This document shows, piece by piece, positions 58,259 through 64,000 of a stretch of DNA of 64,000 nucleotides. Source of the stretch: Eukaryota sp. GEM-RC1 (Eukaryota); the NCBI GenBank assembly GCA_040285855.1, contig JAUFOQ010000013.1, positions 620,001 through 684,000 on the forward strand, given 5' to 3'. The notes under the pieces were generated by a model. That model searched no databases. It had not been told where the DNA came from and was given only the letters and a program-made list of their open reading frames with translations. Numbering within the stretch: position 1 is the first letter of the stretch; the number at the start of each line of letters is the position of its first letter. The position numbers were made by a program, and so were the translations under genes.

Positions 58259-58676
58259 CGTAGCTTTGCTGCGTCGACCAAATATTTGCAAAATCACAAA
58301 TAATTTATTTGGAATAAATTGATTTTGCATTTTGATTTTCTCTGTTGGATAACCAAAAGGAAAATGAAAAAATATCCAAGACGAAGCCTTTATCTTTGGA
58401 GACTATCAGAATATCAAGCAAACCTACATTGACAACTCCAAAACTAGCAACAGCTCCACACTACACTTTGGTCACTCTAATAGTTATCTTTCATAGAATC
58501 GGGACCTCAGAGACCAATCCAGATTCAACCTCGACACTAACTCTGAATACCGCAAATATCAATATCTGTGAGAACTGTGACATTCGTGGACTGATAACAC
58601 CACAACAATGTCCTGAGAACTATTTAGAACTACAAGAAGCAACAAACCACACCGATCTAATGATGAAGCACTCAAC

Positions 58677-59291
58677 TCACTCCAAGAGAGAACTCATCAA
58701 TGAGTGGAGAGTAGAGGGATGAAGAGGAGTTGACTTTGGCTTGCTACGATCATCGTTAGGTCTAACCATTGGAGTTTCTGGGATGATAAGAGTCTGGCAA
58801 AGTGAATCGTCATCAGCTAGCAGAGAGTCAAACTCATGATCAATGTTAACAACATTGTCTACACTTTCTTCCACTCGATCGATGAAAGAATCAATTGAAC
58901 AGTCGTACAGATTACGAGAGTTAAGTTCTTTCTTAACGCGTTGAAGGTCTGTCTTCAGTTGGTTATGAACTTTATCATCTGAGACTGATTCTGATAGTTT
59001 AGCTGTTAGAGTGTCTTGGAGTTTCAAAAGAACTGAACTTTCTAGATCTGATGCCGGAGAAGCTGCAAGATTGAGTTCTGTGGACTGCAGGCCATCGATG
59101 AGGTGTTTAAGTGTTGAGAGAATGGTAGAACGATTCTGTCTAGCGGAATTTAGTGCTGACTGCAGGGAAACAATGCATTGAGTCTTATCAGTGCTATCAA
59201 ATATCATGTTGGCTGTAGACGAAAGTAGTTGCTCCGATCGAGTCAAGGAGTTCTCAAGAGTGTTGTAGAGTTCGTTTAGTTCGTCTTGCAT
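58677..59291 (-). CDS. Hypothetical coiled-coil protein
   Basis: ORF of about 204 aa from ATG 59291 (MQDELNELYNTLENSL...), heptad-like, head-to-head with Bud32 (62-bp spacer). Confidence 0.55.
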   Translation of the reverse strand: MQDELNELYNTLENSLTRSEQLLSSTANMIFDSTDKTQCIVSLQSALNSARQNRSTILSTLKHLIDGLQSTELNLAASPASDLESSVLLKLQDTLTAKLSESVSDDKVHNQLKTDLQRVKKELNSRNLYDCSIDSFIDRVEESVDNVVNIDHEFDSLLADDDSLCQTLIIPETPMVRPNDDRSKPKSTPLHPSTLHSLMSSLLE

Positions 59292-59353
59292 TGATGGATG
59301 TATTTTGATATGGAACTTTTCCACTTAAAAACACTGTTAGACACTGCATTTGC

Positions 59354-60043
59354 ATGACCATTTCCAACGAGTGTCTCATTGCACAAGGAGCAGAAGCCAA
59401 AATCACCTCTTGTATCTTTCATGGGAAACCATGCATAGTCAAACATCGTTTTGTCAAAACTTACAGACATCCTGAACTTGACAGCAACCTGCGTGAAAGA
59501 CGCACCTCCTCTGAAGTTAAATGCATAGTTCGTGCTAGAGAAAAGGGAATCTCTGTCCCTGCTCTCTATCTAATTGACATCCCATCAAGCAAGATCTTCA
59601 TGCAACACATCCAAGGAGCTCCTCTTCGTGTTCTAGTATTATCCATCCAACGTAATATTCTTTCTGACACCTCTCACTTCCTTGAGACTTCTTTCACAGA
59701 GTTTGGTCTCATGGTAGCCAAGCTTCACCACGCAGGCATTGTCCATGGTGATCTCACTACCTCCAACGTCTTAGTAGAACACGGTTCTGAGTGTCATCTG
59801 CCTAGTTCTGTTAAGCTCTTTCTCATTGACTTTGGGTTAGCCCAGGGAAGTCAGTCAGTGGAGGATAAGGCTGTGGACATTGGAGTGTTGGAGAAGGCAA
59901 TCACTTCTGTACATAATGATTCTGCTACTTTAATGGAGTTCTTTATTTCTGGATATCAACAGGGAGAAAAGGGAATGGTTAAGGAGGTGTTGAAGCGATA
60001 TGAGAATGTTAAGAAAAGAGGAAGGAAGCGTTCAAGTGCGTGA
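59354..60043 (+). CDS. BUD32: KEOPS kinase Bud32/PRPK (TP53RK)
   Basis: IAQGAEA, VKHRFVKTYRHPELD, IVHGDLTTSN, LIDFGL, EDKAVD, KRGRKR C-terminus. Confidence 0.96.
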   Translation: MTISNECLIAQGAEAKITSCIFHGKPCIVKHRFVKTYRHPELDSNLRERRTSSEVKCIVRAREKGISVPALYLIDIPSSKIFMQHIQGAPLRVLVLSIQRNILSDTSHFLETSFTEFGLMVAKLHHAGIVHGDLTTSNVLVEHGSECHLPSSVKLFLIDFGLAQGSQSVEDKAVDIGVLEKAITSVHNDSATLMEFFISGYQQGEKGMVKEVLKRYENVKKRGRKRSSA

Positions 60044-60369
60044 TTTGGAGCAATCACTCTTGATTGATTGAAGGTTGGCATTTCCAACAATCAGATGTGT
60101 ATTGCCACCATTTATTATTGTTGTGAATGGTATTTATTTATTTTTATTTTTGTAATTAGTCGGGTACATGTACTAGTATGTACATGTATTAGATTTATAA
60201 GACAATCCGAACGGTCAAAACTAAATTTAAATTGATAGGTAACAAATCTATGATATTTAATTAATAGATTAAAATATTAGTTTTGACCAAAATGGTTTTT
60301 GATTTAAATAACAATGTGTTCAACAATCATTCAAATCACAAAATTTAATAAAATTTTCATTTTCCACCA

Positions 60370-61656
60370 CTACTCGCTCAATATTTCCAAATCACTGTCA
60401 CTTTCAGATTCACTTTCATCTGACACATCTTCATAACCATTACACCTCTCTATTACACCTTTCAAAGCATCACCATATCCTTTAGAATTACGTAACTCCC
60501 CCACAAATATCTCAACAATCATACGTGATCGGAAAAACGTCATCCTAGAAGAGCTCACACTTTCCTTAAACGGAGGAGCTTCATCTCTACTTGCACACTC
60601 TGCAAACTGACACATAAACACACCACAGTCATCACAGTTTGCTTGAGCAGGAGCCTTAGGTCCTGGAGTTAACCTATCCCAAGAAGATAAGTGGAGGGGA
60701 GCGTCTTTGCGGACTTTGTGTTCGTCTTTTAGATATTTTTCAATACATTTTAACACACGAGTACCGACTCCACCCATAGAATCATAGTATTCTAATGATT
60801 TAGAAGCAGAATTGACGACTGCGAGAGTCCAATGGTTCCCCAAATGAATTGGAATTAGAATTTTGTCGAATTTAAATATGTCGACGTTTTTGGTCCACCT
60901 CTTGACTGCACTGTGTGAATAATTTTTTGAAATTTTGAGATAAAAGAACGTGTTAAAAACGAAAACACTTGGTAGTGACGTGTCATTATCAGAACGATCT
61001 TTGATTAACTTAAAGTAAAAATTAACAATCTCGTCATTTAACCAATTTCCAGGTAATAAAGTAACAAAATCAGGAGCAGAAATTTCCAAATTAAACTTAA
61101 ATTCCAATCGTCCGTGTGATAAGGCATAATCATAAAGGTCAAGTTCCTCTCTAGTCAAAGGTGATTGGTCAGATTGATGACGCGAGAGTCTTGACTTTTC
61201 TTCAACAAGCGCCCTACTGAACAACATGTCAATCTTTTGACTTTCTTCACTGTATCGATTTTTAAAATCATCTTCTATTTTAAGACGAGCCTGAAAGAAT
61301 CTGTCTAGTCCTTCGGTTTCAAAGGAGGTCTGAGTAGTAAAGGACGGCAGATTGTCATTGAGAAACTGCTTCCGGTCATTTGTTGATACATTGGCTACAG
61401 CAAAAGTTGAGACTGAAGCATGTCTACGCCAAAAAGAAGAAACGCGAGATTTTGTACAGAATGACGACAGAGCAGATTTGTGGCGATGAGATGTTGGTAG
61501 TGGAGAATTAAGAAGTCTGGAAGATGTTGGGTTGAAGAATTTTGAAGGTCCGAAACGAGAAGACATGTTGAATTTAGAGCAGACCTTCAGTGGAGGTGCA
61601 GATGATGTCAGATTAGTCTTATGATATGCTGAGCGCAGTATTGAGAGCGTTGCCAT
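60370..61656 (-). CDS. ULP1: SUMO protease, Ulp1/SENP (peptidase C48)
   Basis: WLNDEIVNFY, FNTFFY, PIHLGNHWTL, YYDSMG, QANCDDCGVF (His-Asp-Cys triad plus Gln). Confidence 0.93.
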   Translation of the reverse strand: MATLSILRSAYHKTNLTSSAPPLKVCSKFNMSSRFGPSKFFNPTSSRLLNSPLPTSHRHKSALSSFCTKSRVSSFWRRHASVSTFAVANVSTNDRKQFLNDNLPSFTTQTSFETEGLDRFFQARLKIEDDFKNRYSEESQKIDMLFSRALVEEKSRLSRHQSDQSPLTREELDLYDYALSHGRLEFKFNLEISAPDFVTLLPGNWLNDEIVNFYFKLIKDRSDNDTSLPSVFVFNTFFYLKISKNYSHSAVKRWTKNVDIFKFDKILIPIHLGNHWTLAVVNSASKSLEYYDSMGGVGTRVLKCIEKYLKDEHKVRKDAPLHLSSWDRLTPGPKAPAQANCDDCGVFMCQFAECASRDEAPPFKESVSSSRMTFFRSRMIVEIFVGELRNSKGYGDALKGVIERCNGYEDVSDESESESDSDLEILSE

Positions 61657-61737
61657 TGGATTTTTGTACGAATTTCTTCACTTTCATCTTTGCTTTTTGC
61701 CTCATTACCACACTATTTTGTCTACTTTTTCTACTGA

Positions 61738-63438
61738 ATGAGCCAAGATGTCCTTGATATAGATGAAATACCTGCTAGTCCCATACTTCGGTTCAAACAT
61801 TCACATGTTCCTTCTTTTACATCAGTACCTGGCTTTGATGAGAACTACCACCCATCATCAACTTCAGATCCCTTATCTATCTCCTCTTCAAATGTTACAC
61901 CTCTCTTTTCCACATCTTCTAAAGGTTCCAAGCTCATGGCCCAGCTTGGCTACGTCCATGGAGTCGGTCTAGGTCCTCTCAGTAGTGGTATCATTCACCC
62001 CATTAAACCAGAACTCTCTACAGAACAATCCGCTTCACTCGATCATCTCAAGTCCTTTCAGCCATCCCTGTCTCTCCAACTTCTCTCTATAAAGTCGTTT
62101 AAAAGGAATGCTCCAATGAGAGAGTTTGTGGACAGAGATCACCGACGTTTGTTTCAGATTGCACCAGTAATTCCTGAAGGAAATGAGAATGTGGAGGTTT
62201 TTGAATTTTTTAAAAATGCCAAGATTTTTGCTGAGTTGGGAAGTTTGAGAAAATCGCTTTATAACAAAATTAGTGACGCTGAATCGGCAAAGGAAAGAGT
62301 TCAATCAAAACTGATTAGTCTTGAGAAGTCAGAGGAAAGTGTCATAATGCAACGAAATGACGTGGAGGAAGTCTTAGAGCAATTAACGCAGTTTAAATCA
62401 ATCTATGTTGATATTTCCAGTAAGATTAATGTTGAAGTAATGGATCCCGAATATATTTTTAAAAATGTTATTGATTTTTTGATCTTCTCAAAGGAAACTT
62501 TTGAAGCGGTTTATCACAAATTCAGCCTGTCAAAGTTTTTTCTTTCCATTGTTTACTAATATAGTTTTTGTCAAATACTTTGAAGGTTGGGAACCTGTTC
62601 TTGACGTTAGTAGAGGATTTGAATTATTTCAAAATTTACACAAAATTTTAGTTGTTGAATCCGAAGCTGACTCTTTTGACGAGATCTTTTCTACTACCAG
62701 ATTGTCTACCACCGACACTCACGTTTATAACGAACTGTTTCGAGTTTCTGTTTTTGAAAAGTTTAAAATTTGTCTACTCCAAATTGATTCGACCAATATT
62801 TTCCAGTCTTGTCATTTTTTAAAAACATGGAAACCACTATTTCCCTCTACTTTTTTCGGAATTTGCATCTCCCATTTAATTAAAAATTTAAAAAAGTATC
62901 TCAACGAGGAACTGTGCTCAATAGACTTTATTGTTCAAGTCTTTGCCAATTGTTGTGAAGTTTTACTTATTCATGAACGTGAAGAACTGTCGTCAATCTT
63001 CTACGACTATTTTCAATCAAATTTTAAATATTTTGTTGCAAATAGCCACTTGTTTCTATTACATTCGACTGATGTATTCTCTTTAAAGTCGTTGTTTACT
63101 GCAGTCCATTGGAAGAAATTCACTTCAGAGGTGTTGATTCCGGTTGTTGACCATCATATAACCAATCTCGACCTAAAACAATCACTGAAATTAGAATCAA
63201 ATTTGATTGACGGATTGATGAGGTATTACTTTGGTTTAGAAGAGATTCGGTCCATTTTTGTGATGTTTTAATCTCGAAATTTTGTGAATATTTAAAAGTT
63301 TGTGATAACGACCTGGCTGATTTGGGAGATGTTTACTGTTTATGGAAGGAGAATTTCTCCTCGATATGGATGGATCAATTCTTTCAATCAAAATTTAAAC
63401 CCGTCATTATTAAATTTTTGTTGAAGTTTTCCAAATAG
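61738..63438 (+). CDS. G-patch protein, TFIP11/Ntr1-like; two frameshifts (about 62540 and 63235)
   Basis: G-patch SKGSKLMAQLGYVHGVGLGPLSSGIIHPI, coiled coil, then FEGWEPV...FLKTWKPLFP. A third frame continues to the stop at 63438. Head-to-head with Ulp1 (81-bp spacer). Confidence 0.7.
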
Positions 63439-64000
63439 AAAGCCATTGCATCGTCGACTTTTAAGACCCATTGCTCATCCTGTGATTGATTGTGGTCAAA
63501 ATCGGTCATTTATGAGTGATTGCTCTCATTAGTTCTTTTTTCTTTTTTACTAGTTTTTGAGCCTTTCCTTCAAAGAAAACAGACAATCATTTCTAACTGA
63601 TTTGAAATCTGATTGTAGTATTAGTATCAGAATTTGGTGCCCAAAAACCAAAGTATTGTCAGGATCTTGTTTATTGCTCAGACTTTTGTACAGATCGTGT
63701 ATACTTTTCTACCAGTCTTAGTTTTCTATCAAATTAATACATATCATTTTCATGCAATCAAGCTTAACTGTCAAATACACCTAGATACAGTTATCCGATC
63801 GACTCAACTCAGGATACGTGACTCGAGTCTACACTCGAAATCAAGATCAAAACAGTTGCGATCTGACTTTCCATCGAAGTCATCCTTAAACAAAAGTCAA
63901 ATAACGTACTACAATACAATATTTATTTGATCACACTGAGAACTCAATACGAGATTATAATCATGTCAGGGATATTCGTAAAGTCATTCAACGACCTGAT

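Noticed and set aside
1..64000. tRNA, rRNA or snRNA genes; prokaryotic or phage origin of the window
   Set aside because: No RNA gene was recognised by eye (tRNAscan and Infernal not run). Introns, histones and eukaryotic TEs show nuclear eukaryotic DNA.

Overview
AT-rich eukaryotic (protist) genomic DNA in the standard genetic code, with 27-33 nt GT-AG introns. The H3 tail (RKTTSAK) and compact layout suggest a metamonad-like flagellate (inference). About 1-47.6 kb is rich in transposable elements (TEs). It holds two copies of a decayed Ty3/Gypsy pol; the complete copy has 66-bp LTRs, sits inside a hAT-type MITE and carries a related MITE. It also holds a roughly 4-copy tandem array of a composite TE-relic unit (25.2-43.0 kb), an intact-looking DD34E IS630/Tc1 transposase facing an unknown ORF, several hAT and MULE elements with target-site duplications (TSDs), and a near-complete hAT. 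Embedded host genes: a Kelch/Cys-rich membrane protein, a Rab1-BTB-SPRY-like fusion, a pol-beta-like nucleotidyltransferase, a prokaryote-type heliorhodopsin and a RING-kinase-LRR gene. The dense right end (54.8-63.4 kb) has H2A/H2B/H3/H4, all sharing a 3' stem-loop, with an ACGAGAA upstream motif. A divergent TBP, Bud32, Ulp1/SENP and a TFIP11-like gene follow. Single-base indels in conserved genes such as H2B point to assembly errors, so some 'pseudogene' calls are provisional.
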